Assembly: GCA_002719295.1 (NCBI GenBank)
Contig: PBHC01000012.1
Location: 109,930 to 173,929 of the forward strand
Direction: 5' to 3'
Length of the DNA stretch: 64,000 nucleotides
Source: Chloroflexota bacterium
GTDB lineage: Bacteria; Chloroflexota; Dehalococcoidia; Lucifugimonadales; Lucifugimonadaceae
In this document: in pieces, positions 49,352 through 58,602 of the stretch
Position numbering within the stretch: the first letter of the stretch is position 1
Layout of the letters: the number at the start of each line of letters is the position of its first letter
Translations under genes and position numbers: made by a program
The notes under the pieces: generated by a model
What the model was told of the DNA's origin: nothing
What the model saw: the letters and a program-made list of their open reading frames with translations, nothing else
Database searches by the model: none

Positions 49352-50537
49352 AGTTTGCAGCTTCTTCTGATCCACCAGTTGCACTTCCTTTAGAATAGGA
49401 ATGTGCTCCCATTCCAGCCAAGTCGCCATCCTCAACTATAAGATATTCATTTCTAATATTTTTTCCTTCAAAAAAACATTCTAGAATTTCTCTGACTCCA
49501 GCTGCATATCTAGCTTGAGCTGATAAAGATGTTCCACTGGTATGAGGTGTCATTCCATGATTTGGCATTTTTCTCCAAATATGATCGTTGGGAGCTGGCT
49601 GAGGAAACCAAACATCTCCAGCATAACCACTAATGTGTCCAGATTCCAACGCTTTAGCCATTGCTTCTCTATTCACAATCTTGCCTCTTGCGGTATTTAT
49701 AACATACGCACCTTTTTTACACTTACTAATAAGCTCTTCATCAAAAAGGTTTTCAGTTTCTGAGTGTAATGGACAACTTATGTTAATAACATCACAGACT
49801 GAAACTAAAGATTCTACAGTGTCATGAAAAGTTAAGTTTAATTCTTTTTCTTTTTCTATAGGTAATCTATGTCGATCATTGTAGTGTAGTTTCACGTCAA
49901 AAGGGTACATCTTTCTTAAGACATCGTATCCAATTCTTCCAGCTGCAATTGTTCCTACATTCATTCCTTCGACATCGTAAGATCTCTTAACCGCATCAGC
50001 TATATGCCAACCACCATCATTAACTATTCTATGTTGATTATGATAATCTCTAACCATTGCTAGAATCATCATTACAATATGTTCAGATACTGATCTTGAA
50101 TTACAATATGTAACTTCTACAACATCTACTTTATTATCAATAGCCGCTTGTAGATCAACATGATCAGAACCAATACCAGCTGTAATTGCCATTTTTAAGT
50201 TTTTTGCTGATTCAATTCTTTCTCTGGTTAGGTAATATGGCCAAAAAGGCTGAGAAATTACTATGTCTGCGTCTACTAACTCTTTATCCGCAATACACCC
50301 TTTTGAGTCTTTATCTGAAGTTACCACCAAAGTATGTCCATTTTCTTCTAAGAATTTTCTAAGACCTAACTCTCCTGAAACACACCCTAGTAACTCACCG
50401 GGTTTAAAATCTATAGATTTTGGATTTGGTAATGTCATTCCATCAGGATATTTATCTAAATGAGGAAGTTCGCTCATAGGATATGACTCAGGCATTCCAT
50501 CTGTTGGGTCATCATATAAAACACATAAAATTTTCAT
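49341..50537 (-). CDS. fdh: NAD-dependent formate dehydrogenase (metal-independent)
   Basis: KILCVLYDDP, LLGCVSGELGLRKFLE, SQPFWP, TAGIGSDHVD, AAGRIG, GDVWFPQPAP.DH.WR.MP..GMTPH.SG. Confidence 0.96.
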   Translation of the reverse strand: MKILCVLYDDPTDGMPESYPMSELPHLDKYPDGMTLPNPKSIDFKPGELLGCVSGELGLRKFLEENGHTLVVTSDKDSKGCIADKELVDADIVISQPFWPYYLTRERIESAKNLKMAITAGIGSDHVDLQAAIDNKVDVVEVTYCNSRSVSEHIVMMILAMVRDYHNQHRIVNDGGWHIADAVKRSYDVEGMNVGTIAAGRIGYDVLRKMYPFDVKLHYNDRHRLPIEKEKELNLTFHDTVESLVSVCDVINISCPLHSETENLFDEELISKCKKGAYVINTARGKIVNREAMAKALESGHISGYAGDVWFPQPAPNDHIWRKMPNHGMTPHTSGTSLSAQARYAAGVREILECFFEGKNIRNEYLIVEDGDLAGMGAHSYSKGSATGGSEEAANFKK

Positions 50538-50546
50538 AAATATTTC

Positions 50547-51017
50547 CTATCTAGCTATAAATTTATAAACCATTCCTTGGTCATAATGACCTGCAGTATT
50601 ACAAATAAAGGCATATGTTCCTGCTGGAAGATCATTTATTACAAGTTCTGCTGTTTCTCCAGGCTGAATACCTTCTATTTTTCCTAAAATATCAAGCTGA
50701 CTTTCATCTGCCATTGATCCGTCCTCAGTTAATGCTAAATCTTCGTGTTTATTGTTATTTAGCAATACCAAATTATGTTCTAAGTTCCCATCATTTGTAA
50801 GAGTTAGTGTAAGTTCACCAGGTTTTATATGTTTCCCCATTTTATAGTTTGGGTCAACGTCAACATCCCACTCACTCATTGATACATCAACTCTGCTTTT
50901 TGTGATTGTTTCTCCTTCATCACTTACTACCGTTTCGCCTTCAGTTGTGCTAGAGCAGCCAAGCGCTATTATTGAAATAATTGATAAATAACACAAACTT
51001 GATAAAACTTTTTTCAT
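50547..51017 (-). CDS. Blue-copper (cupredoxin; auracyanin/sulfocyanin-like) lipoprotein
   Basis: Lipobox ALGC; type-1 Cu ligands HN...C-x4-H-x4-M (CNTAGHYDQGM). Confidence 0.85.
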   Translation of the reverse strand: MKKVLSSLCYLSIISIIALGCSSTTEGETVVSDEGETITKSRVDVSMSEWDVDVDPNYKMGKHIKPGELTLTLTNDGNLEHNLVLLNNNKHEDLALTEDGSMADESQLDILGKIEGIQPGETAELVINDLPAGTYAFICNTAGHYDQGMVYKFIAR

Positions 51018-51110
51018 TTTTCTAACCTTTCTAATAATTAGATAAATTTTTTAGATTGATATTACTATTTTAAAAAATCTTTTTTTTTGATTTTTTTTTA
51101 ATTTAAAACT

Positions 51111-51175
51111 GTCTTATTTAAAGTACTTTAATAAGACCCAAAATAGAGAATATTAATATCCGATATAATTGTCAA
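51111..51175 (-). promoter_or_regulatory. Sigma70 promoter plus downstream palindrome for the cupredoxin-fdh unit
   Basis: TTGACA (51175-51170), 17 nt spacer, TATTCT (51152-51147); near-perfect palindrome GTCTTATTTAAAGTACTTTAATAAGAC at 51111-51137. Confidence 0.65.
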
Positions 51176-51198
51176 CTAATTTGGTATAGAATTTTATT

Positions 51199-51906
51199 TT
51201 ATTTTAATAATTGATGTAGTTCTAAAAAATTATTACATGAATAATTAAATTTGTTTTTTGGTTTTTCTTTAGCATTGCTTGAGTATTCAAATGGTCGATG
51301 AACATAAGCTGTTTTTAAGCCAGATTTTTCGGCTGCTAAAAGATCGTTTTCATGTGCTGCAACTAACATAACTTCATTTGTTTCAAGACCTAAATATTCT
51401 GTTGCTTTTTTATATACATATTCATTTGGCTTATATTTTAAGAACATATCTCCTGAAAAAATAAAATCCCAAGATAATTTAGAATATTTACTCATATTTA
51501 GAAGTAATGAAAAATTCCCATTTGAAAGCGTACCAATACTAAATTTATTTTTTAGTAATGCAAGTCCTTCAACTGAATCTTCCCACGGATCTAATTGATG
51601 CCAAATTTGATTCAATTTATCGATTGAGTGATCATTCATTTTATCGATTAATTTAAAATCTTTGAGTAATTTTATTAATTTGTTCTTATGAATTTCATCA
51701 ACTATTTTCCAGGTTTGATTTTGATCATTAAATTCTTTGATGTAATCTGAGTATCCTTTTCTCCATTCTGTAGCAAAACTTTCTAGATCAGAATCTGATA
51801 AATCTTCAGGTAAAAAAGAGTTTAATCTTCTAGTTATTGTTTTTCTCCAATCAACTACGGTGCCAAAAACATCAAAAATCAAGGCTTTTATCTTTTTATC
51901 ACTCAT
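51199..51906 (-). CDS. Haloacid dehalogenase type II
   Basis: FDVFGTVVDWR, WH.L.PW.D, LSNGN, YKP...VY, MLVAAH..DL.AA. Confidence 0.92.
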   Translation of the reverse strand: MSDKKIKALIFDVFGTVVDWRKTITRRLNSFLPEDLSDSDLESFATEWRKGYSDYIKEFNDQNQTWKIVDEIHKNKLIKLLKDFKLIDKMNDHSIDKLNQIWHQLDPWEDSVEGLALLKNKFSIGTLSNGNFSLLLNMSKYSKLSWDFIFSGDMFLKYKPNEYVYKKATEYLGLETNEVMLVAAHENDLLAAEKSGLKTAYVHRPFEYSSNAKEKPKNKFNYSCNNFLELHQLLK

Positions 51907-52773
51907 TTAAATAAATATTTCCTCTCTTGATCCTATAGAAGTTTCAACTTTTGCCATATTTTTTAGAATTTCTATTTCAACTTCATTTATTTTAGAGTAT
52001 GATTCAACAGCTTTAATACCTTTTAAAAATAGATCAGGATCACCAGGCGGTAAGAAAGATGTGATATTACGAGATAATGCAAATCTAACTGCTAAATTAA
52101 TATTTTTTATATCTGAAAGTGGTTTATACCAACAATTCTTATAACTTAATTCTCTTTCTTTTTGAGAATTCCATTGTCTATCTGCCATTACTTTTAAAGC
52201 TAAAACAGAAACTCCTAGTTGATTACATTCATCAATTATTTCCACTCCAAAATTATGATTCAATATTAATTTCCAATTTATGGGAATTAGTATTGAATCA
52301 AATGAAAAGGTTTTTAATAATAATTTAGCAACTTCTATGGAATGACATGAAAATCCTATATTATTAATTTTTCCTTCTTTTTTTGCTTTTTCTAAAGTTT
52401 CCAGCGCTCCATTTTTGCCAATTACTTTTTCATAATCTTCTTTTGTTTTCATTCCATGTAATTGATAAAGGTCAAAATAATCTGTTTTTAAGGTTTGTAA
52501 TGAATCTTCTAAATCTTTATTTGAATCCTTTAGAGTTCTAGATTTTGTTTTACATGCTAGAAAAACATTATTTCTTTTATTCTTCAATCCTTCTCCCATT
52601 AGTTTTTGCGCATCACCATATCCAGGAGCGACATCAAAATAATTAACGCCTTTATCAAGTGCTAAGTTTATAATTTTTGAGGATTCTTTTAAACCTAAGC
52701 CTTTAATAGATATCCCACCTAATCCAACGACAGAAAGCTTTTTTTTATTTTTCCCGTAATTTCTATAAAGCAT
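51907..52773 (-). CDS. Aldo/keto reductase
   Basis: G.NYFDVAP.YG, LACKT, L.TDYFDLYQLH, IGFS.H. Confidence 0.92.
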   Translation of the reverse strand: MLYRNYGKNKKKLSVVGLGGISIKGLGLKESSKIINLALDKGVNYFDVAPGYGDAQKLMGEGLKNKRNNVFLACKTKSRTLKDSNKDLEDSLQTLKTDYFDLYQLHGMKTKEDYEKVIGKNGALETLEKAKKEGKINNIGFSCHSIEVAKLLLKTFSFDSILIPINWKLILNHNFGVEIIDECNQLGVSVLALKVMADRQWNSQKERELSYKNCWYKPLSDIKNINLAVRFALSRNITSFLPPGDPDLFLKGIKAVESYSKINEVEIEILKNMAKVETSIGSREEIFI

Positions 52774-53494
52774 TTGATTTTCTTTTTCTTTGTTTAAAAA
52801 ACAATAAACAATTTAATAATACTAATACAATCCCTAGTGCAGCTGGAAAATAAATTTCGTTTATAAATCCTATTATTGAAAAAAAAGAAATAACTAAAAT
52901 AGATATGATCCTACTTGGGGTTTCTACTGTTTGTTTTGAAAAATTTAAAAGAATAAATATTGGAATGGATAAAATAAACCATCCAAGAAAATTATGATTT
53001 GGGATTGAGTAATATGGGCCTTCTTCATTCCAAATCCAAATTTCTAAACCATGCACTGCGATAGGATCTATTACTAAGTCAATGATTACCATTATTATTG
53101 AGCCATAAATTATAAAAAATTTATTTCTAATATTTTGAATGAAACTGAAGCTAAAATTTACTATTATTATCCATGCAGAAATCATTACAATAGGTACTGA
53201 AAAAAGTTTTAGATTAAATACATCACTATAATTATAAGAACCAAACAATATCCCTATTTTTACTCCTAAAACTTCGTAAAAAAATCCTATAATTCCAATA
53301 CAAATAAGAAAACATAACAATTTTCCTTTTGAAAACATTAGAACCAATAAACTTCCTACTATCATAAATAAATTTGGAGCCCATGAAGGAGTATTTTTTA
53401 TAATTCCTATTTCAGCTAAAATACCACCCATCAATAAAGTTATAAAAAATGAAAACCCTGCATATTCAAATATTTTTTTTATTTTTTTAGGCAT
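52763..53494 (-). CDS. cruF: Carotenoid 1,2-hydratase CruF family (DUF422)
   Basis: E.LGV..G..FGSY.Y, VP.....W, DL..DP, W.W, IP..NF.GW; located in the crt cluster. Confidence 0.82.
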   Translation of the reverse strand: MPKKIKKIFEYAGFSFFITLLMGGILAEIGIIKNTPSWAPNLFMIVGSLLVLMFSKGKLLCFLICIGIIGFFYEVLGVKIGILFGSYNYSDVFNLKLFSVPIVMISAWIIIVNFSFSFIQNIRNKFFIIYGSIIMVIIDLVIDPIAVHGLEIWIWNEEGPYYSIPNHNFLGWFILSIPIFILLNFSKQTVETPSRIISILVISFFSIIGFINEIYFPAALGIVLVLLNCLLFFKQRKRKSNAL

Positions 53495-54935
53495 ATTTTT
53501 TTATAATTTCTCTGCTTACAATTTTTGAAGACATAACAACTATTGGAGTCCCACCACCAGGATGGACCCCCCCTCCAACATAATATAAGCCTTCTATTTT
53601 TCTATCCTTATTTGGCTGTCTAATAATACTTCCTAGTATTCCGTGGGAAACTTTACCATATATAGATCCATAAGGTGCTGCAAATCTTTTTTCAAAATCG
53701 TTAGGTGTTATTATTTCCATAAATTTAGAATTATCAATTATTTTTTCTAAATTATGTTTTTTTAAGGTATTTCTTATTTTGGAAACTGCATTTGTTATTT
53801 CCTTTTCCCCCCATATTTCTTTTGTTGCATGGGTATTACACATCAAAAAGATACTTTCTGAATTTTTTGGAGCTAAGGTGTTATCAGTTTTTGTTGGGCA
53901 GTTTATATAGACTGTTGGATCAGATGGAAACTTTTTTTTATTAAATATTTCTTCAAATTCTTTTTTATAATTTTTAGAAAAAATAACATTATGATGACGT
54001 ATTTCTGGAATTTGCTCATTTAATCCAACTAGAATAACAAAACCAGACATAGACAAAGAATCTTCTTTTATTTCAAATTTGTTATTTATCATGGTTTTAG
54101 TTATTAATGGATCAACGTTACTAACGATAATATCGCAATTGATTTTTTCTCCATTACTCAAAGTTACAGATTGCACTTTTTTCTTATTATTGTTTATTTT
54201 AGAAACCTTTAAATCTTTTATTATTTTAATATTTTTCGAAATTAATATTTTTTCTATTTTTTCAATTAATTTATATAAACCTCCTGAAATATACCATGCT
54301 CCATAACTCAACTCCATATATGGAATAATAGACAAGATTCCAGATGATTTGTACGGAGATGACCCAACATATGTTGGGTATCTATTGAAAATTTTCCTTA
54401 TTTTTTCATCAGAAAATTGATCTTCAATATAATTATTATATTTTTTAAAAAATAATTTAAAAGGACTTGCTAATAATAATAATAAATTTGAAAATTTTGG
54501 TTTTGAAAAAAGTCCTTCTTTGAAAAACGTTTTTTCTGAAAGATGAAATAACTTTGAACCTTTTAGTATAAGTTCATAGAATTTTTTTATTTCATTATTG
54601 AATACTTTTTCTAAATCACTTAGATCAGATGAATATTCGATTTTTTCTTTTTCAAACATATATAAAAAAAGAGGATTTATTTTTTTTAGATTTAAATGAT
54701 CATATATATTTTCACCGCATTCCTTAAATAAATCTTCAAATATATGAGGCAAAGTTATTAATGAAGGTCCTGTATCAAAAGTAAAACCATCTTTTTTGAA
54801 GATATTCATTTTTCCTCCTAAATTAGAGTTTTTTTCAATGATTGTAATATCAAATTCACTTTTAGATAAATTTATAGCAGTTGCTAAACCACCCAAGCCT
54901 CCACCTATTATTATGATTTTTTTACGATTTTTCAT
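53487..54935 (-). CDS. Phytoene desaturase family protein (CrtD- or CrtP/CrtNb-like)
   Basis: IGGGLGGL, FDTGPSL.T, RY.TYVGSSPY, GG.VHPGGG.P. Confidence 0.85.
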   Translation of the reverse strand: MKNRKKIIIIGGGLGGLATAINLSKSEFDITIIEKNSNLGGKMNIFKKDGFTFDTGPSLITLPHIFEDLFKECGENIYDHLNLKKINPLFLYMFEKEKIEYSSDLSDLEKVFNNEIKKFYELILKGSKLFHLSEKTFFKEGLFSKPKFSNLLLLLASPFKLFFKKYNNYIEDQFSDEKIRKIFNRYPTYVGSSPYKSSGILSIIPYMELSYGAWYISGGLYKLIEKIEKILISKNIKIIKDLKVSKINNNKKKVQSVTLSNGEKINCDIIVSNVDPLITKTMINNKFEIKEDSLSMSGFVILVGLNEQIPEIRHHNVIFSKNYKKEFEEIFNKKKFPSDPTVYINCPTKTDNTLAPKNSESIFLMCNTHATKEIWGEKEITNAVSKIRNTLKKHNLEKIIDNSKFMEIITPNDFEKRFAAPYGSIYGKVSHGILGSIIRQPNKDRKIEGLYYVGGGVHPGGGTPIVVMSSKIVSREIIKKYA

Positions 54936-56034
54936 ATGTTCTGTCTTTCCAATCTAACCCTTTCCCAAATTTCATATTTTTCCATGAACTTATACCTAGT
55001 AGGAACATTGTCAATATTCCAAAAGGATGTGTAAAAATAGATAAAAAATTATACTTGAATTTTATGTTTATTAGAATTATGGGAATAAAATTTATAGATA
55101 GTAAAATGGCAGACAAATTTTCATGGAAATTTAGAATAATTGATGATGTGTAAATTATGGGAGCAATAAAATAACTTATTATAAAAATTGATTGAAAAAA
55201 GAAAAATGATGAATCTTTACTAAAGCCAGGATAGTAATTTTTCTTGAAACCATTCCATATTGATTTAAAAGAATCGTACATTTTTACAGAAATTATTTTT
55301 GATCCGTTTATACAGTAAGTATTCTCTCCTTTTTGTCTGAAAATTCTAGCTAATCTTGTATCTTCAAAAAGATCATTTTTTACTAAATCGTGACCACCTA
55401 ATTTGAAATAAGTTTCCTTTTTGAATAGTATACAAGCTCCATGAGCTAGGCCTAAATTATCAGAGTTACTTTTTTTTGATATAAGCATTGGACACGTTGT
55501 AAAAACAATAAAGTTTAGCAATGGCATAAATATTTTTTCTACAATAGATTGCATTTCAATTTTTGGCCATGCAGATACCATTGTAAGTTTATTTTCTTTA
55601 GAATAATCAATTAGTTGACTTAGTTCCTGTTTAATAATAGTGTCGGCATCAATAAATAAAATCCATTCTGAAGAAGACTGCTTTGCAAGCTGATAACATG
55701 CAAAAGATTTTCCTGTCCATCCTTTTTCTAATTTATTAGTTTTTGCTAGTTTTACTTTTCTATTTGTTTGTATTATTTTTTTTATCTCTTCGCTTGTTGA
55801 ATCAGTAGAGTGATCGTCATAAACTAGTATTTCGTTAAAATTTTTGTTTGTAGAAATTATTGAATCAATACAATTTTTTATATTTTTTTCTTCATTTCTT
55901 GCAGGAATCAGAATAGATAAATTTTTACTATGACTTTTTATCGAACCAAATTGAACCCAAGAAAGGTTGGAGGATACTATTAATATCGAATATAAAACAA
56001 AAAAGCTTAAAATTATGTAAATAATTTCAATCAT
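54922..56034 (-). CDS. GT2 carotenoid glycosyltransferase (CrtQ/CruG-like)
   Basis: LIPARNEE, DDHSTD, GWTGK..AC, FIDAD, ED..LAR, W.GF.KN, WK.R.Y. Confidence 0.88.
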   Translation of the reverse strand: MIEIIYIILSFFVLYSILIVSSNLSWVQFGSIKSHSKNLSILIPARNEEKNIKNCIDSIISTNKNFNEILVYDDHSTDSTSEEIKKIIQTNRKVKLAKTNKLEKGWTGKSFACYQLAKQSSSEWILFIDADTIIKQELSQLIDYSKENKLTMVSAWPKIEMQSIVEKIFMPLLNFIVFTTCPMLISKKSNSDNLGLAHGACILFKKETYFKLGGHDLVKNDLFEDTRLARIFRQKGENTYCINGSKIISVKMYDSFKSIWNGFKKNYYPGFSKDSSFFFFQSIFIISYFIAPIIYTSSIILNFHENLSAILLSINFIPIILINIKFKYNFLSIFTHPFGILTMFLLGISSWKNMKFGKGLDWKDRTYEKS

Positions 56035-57503
56035 ATCTCTAAATCTTCTAAAATTTTTTCTTTTGTCATTTTTGAGCTAAGCACACACATTGGAACTCCT
56101 GTTCCAGGAGTTGTTGACGCTCCAACAAAATATAAATTTTTTATTTCTTTTGATTTGTTTGGATTTCTAAAGGGACCTATTTGATTGAAGTTATGAGAAG
56201 GGCCAAAAGCAGATCCGTCAAATAATCCATATTCGTTTTTCCAATCTTTTGGGGTAAATATTTTTTCGTAAACTATATCATCATTTTTTATATCTATATT
56301 ATTTTCTTTAAACCTTTTAAAAACTAATTCTTTTAACTCTTTTGCTTTTTTTGCACCATGTTTACCTTTGAATTTTGAAATAGTTGGGCATGGTATTAGG
56401 ACAAATATTGAAGATTGCCCTTTAGGTGCAAGTTTTGGATCTGTTTTTGATGGGATTGATATATAAAACGGAAGATCACTTGGAATCTTATTTTCAGTAA
56501 ATAATTCATTGAAAGTTTTTTTGAAATCATCAGGTAAAAAAATAGTATGGTGGGTTAATGAATCTACTGTTTTATTAAGCCCCCAGTAGTAGGTGTATAC
56601 TGATGGAGTCATTTTATTTTTATTTATATTTAGGCCTATTAATTCCTTGTATGTTGTTTCAGAATCAACATTTGAAATTATCAAGTCTGCGTATTTTATT
56701 TCTTTATCAACTAATACCCCTATAGCCTTGCCATTTTCTATGATAATTTTTTCTATTTTCGAAGATGTATTGATTTTTACTTTAGAATCTAGATTTAATT
56801 TTTCAATCCCTTTAACAAGGCCGTACATTCCTCCTTTTGGCATCCATAATCCATACTGTAATTCACCATAAGGAAGAATACTGAAAAACCCAGGAAGCTT
56901 ATACGGAGAATCTCCTAGATACATACTGTATGAACTAAAAGCTTCTATTATTTTTTCTTCTACAAAAAATTTCTTTATTTCACTATACATATTGTTGGTT
57001 AAGCCCAACTTAAGTAGATTTTTAAAACCTGCGTTTAATAGCCAACTGAAAACATTAGAAGAATTTTTAGTAACAATATTCTTAAATGCTAAATCATATT
57101 TTTTTTGTGAACTTTTGAAAAAATTTATTATCCCTAATCTGTCTTTTTTTGAAAATTTACTTATTTCATCAGATAAAATGTTTAGATCAGAGCTTAGCTG
57201 CAAATTACTTTGATCTCTCCATAAAAAATTTACTGCAGGGTCAACTTTAATTAATTTAACATAGTCATAAAAATTTTTACCTAAACTAGAAAAATAATCT
57301 TCATAAACCCATGGATAATTTAACAAAGAAGGTCCTGTGTCAAAAGTGAAACCCTCTTCTGAAATTATATTAGCTCTACCCCCGACACTTTTTTGTGATT
57401 CATAAATTTCTACATTGAAATTTTCTTTTGAAAGTAAAGGAGCGATAGAAAGTCCTCCTATCCCTGCTCCTATAATGATTACTTTTTTAGGGTTATTTTT
57501 CAT
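56031..57503 (-). CDS. crtI: Phytoene desaturase (CrtI/CrtN)
   Basis: IGAGIGGL, GGRA, FDTGPS, Q.GPFR..N, GASTTPGTGVP. Start taken as the ATG overlapping the crtB stop. Confidence 0.88.
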   Translation of the reverse strand: MKNNPKKVIIIGAGIGGLSIAPLLSKENFNVEIYESQKSVGGRANIISEEGFTFDTGPSLLNYPWVYEDYFSSLGKNFYDYVKLIKVDPAVNFLWRDQSNLQLSSDLNILSDEISKFSKKDRLGIINFFKSSQKKYDLAFKNIVTKNSSNVFSWLLNAGFKNLLKLGLTNNMYSEIKKFFVEEKIIEAFSSYSMYLGDSPYKLPGFFSILPYGELQYGLWMPKGGMYGLVKGIEKLNLDSKVKINTSSKIEKIIIENGKAIGVLVDKEIKYADLIISNVDSETTYKELIGLNINKNKMTPSVYTYYWGLNKTVDSLTHHTIFLPDDFKKTFNELFTENKIPSDLPFYISIPSKTDPKLAPKGQSSIFVLIPCPTISKFKGKHGAKKAKELKELVFKRFKENNIDIKNDDIVYEKIFTPKDWKNEYGLFDGSAFGPSHNFNQIGPFRNPNKSKEIKNLYFVGASTTPGTGVPMCVLSSKMTKEKILEDLEI

Positions 57504-58510
57504 ATATAAAGTAATATTAACTTCCATAATTTTTTGAAAGGTAAAAATGATAATTTTTCTTTTAACGTCAGGCTATAACGATGATCTGCGTCCATTTCTT
57601 TTTCTAAAATCTTAGAATTTAATTTCCTATATAATTTTAGGCAACTCTTGATTGCAATTTGGCTATCAGGAGAAAAGTTTTTCATCCCTTTCTCAGCTTT
57701 TTGATACCATTTTTCAGCTTCTTGAGCTAATATTTTTCTGGCTTCTATAACGTATATTGGAAGATCAGAAATTGTTTTAGGTTTTTCCAGCAAGTTTTTG
57801 GGAGTATAAAATCTACCTCTAAAATAATCTTCATAAACATCTCTTGCAAAGTTTGTAAGTTGCAATGCTATACCCAAATCTCTTGAAGGCTCTAGCAAGT
57901 CATTCACAGTTTTGTTTTGATTCGGCCCATAAATATAAGCTAAAAAATAACCAACTACTATTGCTGAACCATATATATATTTGTCTATTAGCGTATTCAT
58001 GTCTGAATATTCATAAACATCTATATCTTTTCTCATCGCATCAATAAATGAAAGATAGTATTCATCAGGAATATTTTTTTCAATTGCAGCCATTCTGTAT
58101 GCTGAGATAATTATAGGAATTTCATTAGATGTTAGTTCTTTTATATTGGAGTATTTTTTAGATTCTTGAAATTTATTTTCCCATTCATCAAGCATTGAAT
58201 TTTTTTCTTCTGAAGTCATTTCAAAAGTATCTACTATTTCATCAGGGAATCGAACTGAAGCATAGATGATTTCTACCAAATCTCTTTTTTGCTTGGGGAG
58301 AAATCTTGTAACGGTAAAAAAACTATTGCTGTAGTTTTTTAGGATATTTTTTCCTAAATCTTTACATACCTTGTAAGCTTCTTCATCGTTTTTAGAAGAT
58401 GTGATTTTCTGCAATGAAGCTTCTTCTAATTTATTCCATTGATTTAATTGCCATAAATTTTCATCAGAAGAATACTTGTAAAGATTATTATCTTTTTTTT
58501 TCCTTGCCAT
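57500..58510 (-). CDS. crtB: Phytoene/squalene synthase family (CrtB/CrtM)
   Basis: S.SF...TRFLP, R.PDEIVD, Y.YGSA..VG, LG.ALQLTNF.RDV.ED...GR.Y.P. Confidence 0.88.
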   Translation of the reverse strand: MARKKKDNNLYKYSSDENLWQLNQWNKLEEASLQKITSSKNDEEAYKVCKDLGKNILKNYSNSFFTVTRFLPKQKRDLVEIIYASVRFPDEIVDTFEMTSEEKNSMLDEWENKFQESKKYSNIKELTSNEIPIIISAYRMAAIEKNIPDEYYLSFIDAMRKDIDVYEYSDMNTLIDKYIYGSAIVVGYFLAYIYGPNQNKTVNDLLEPSRDLGIALQLTNFARDVYEDYFRGRFYTPKNLLEKPKTISDLPIYVIEARKILAQEAEKWYQKAEKGMKNFSPDSQIAIKSCLKLYRKLNSKILEKEMDADHRYSLTLKEKLSFLPFKKLWKLILLYI

Positions 58511-58602
58511 AACTTAATTCTAATCTAATTTTTTTTTCTTCACACAATATTAATAATCAGAGTTTACAATTATTATAACTATTAGTATTTAAAAGGTATT
58601 TT

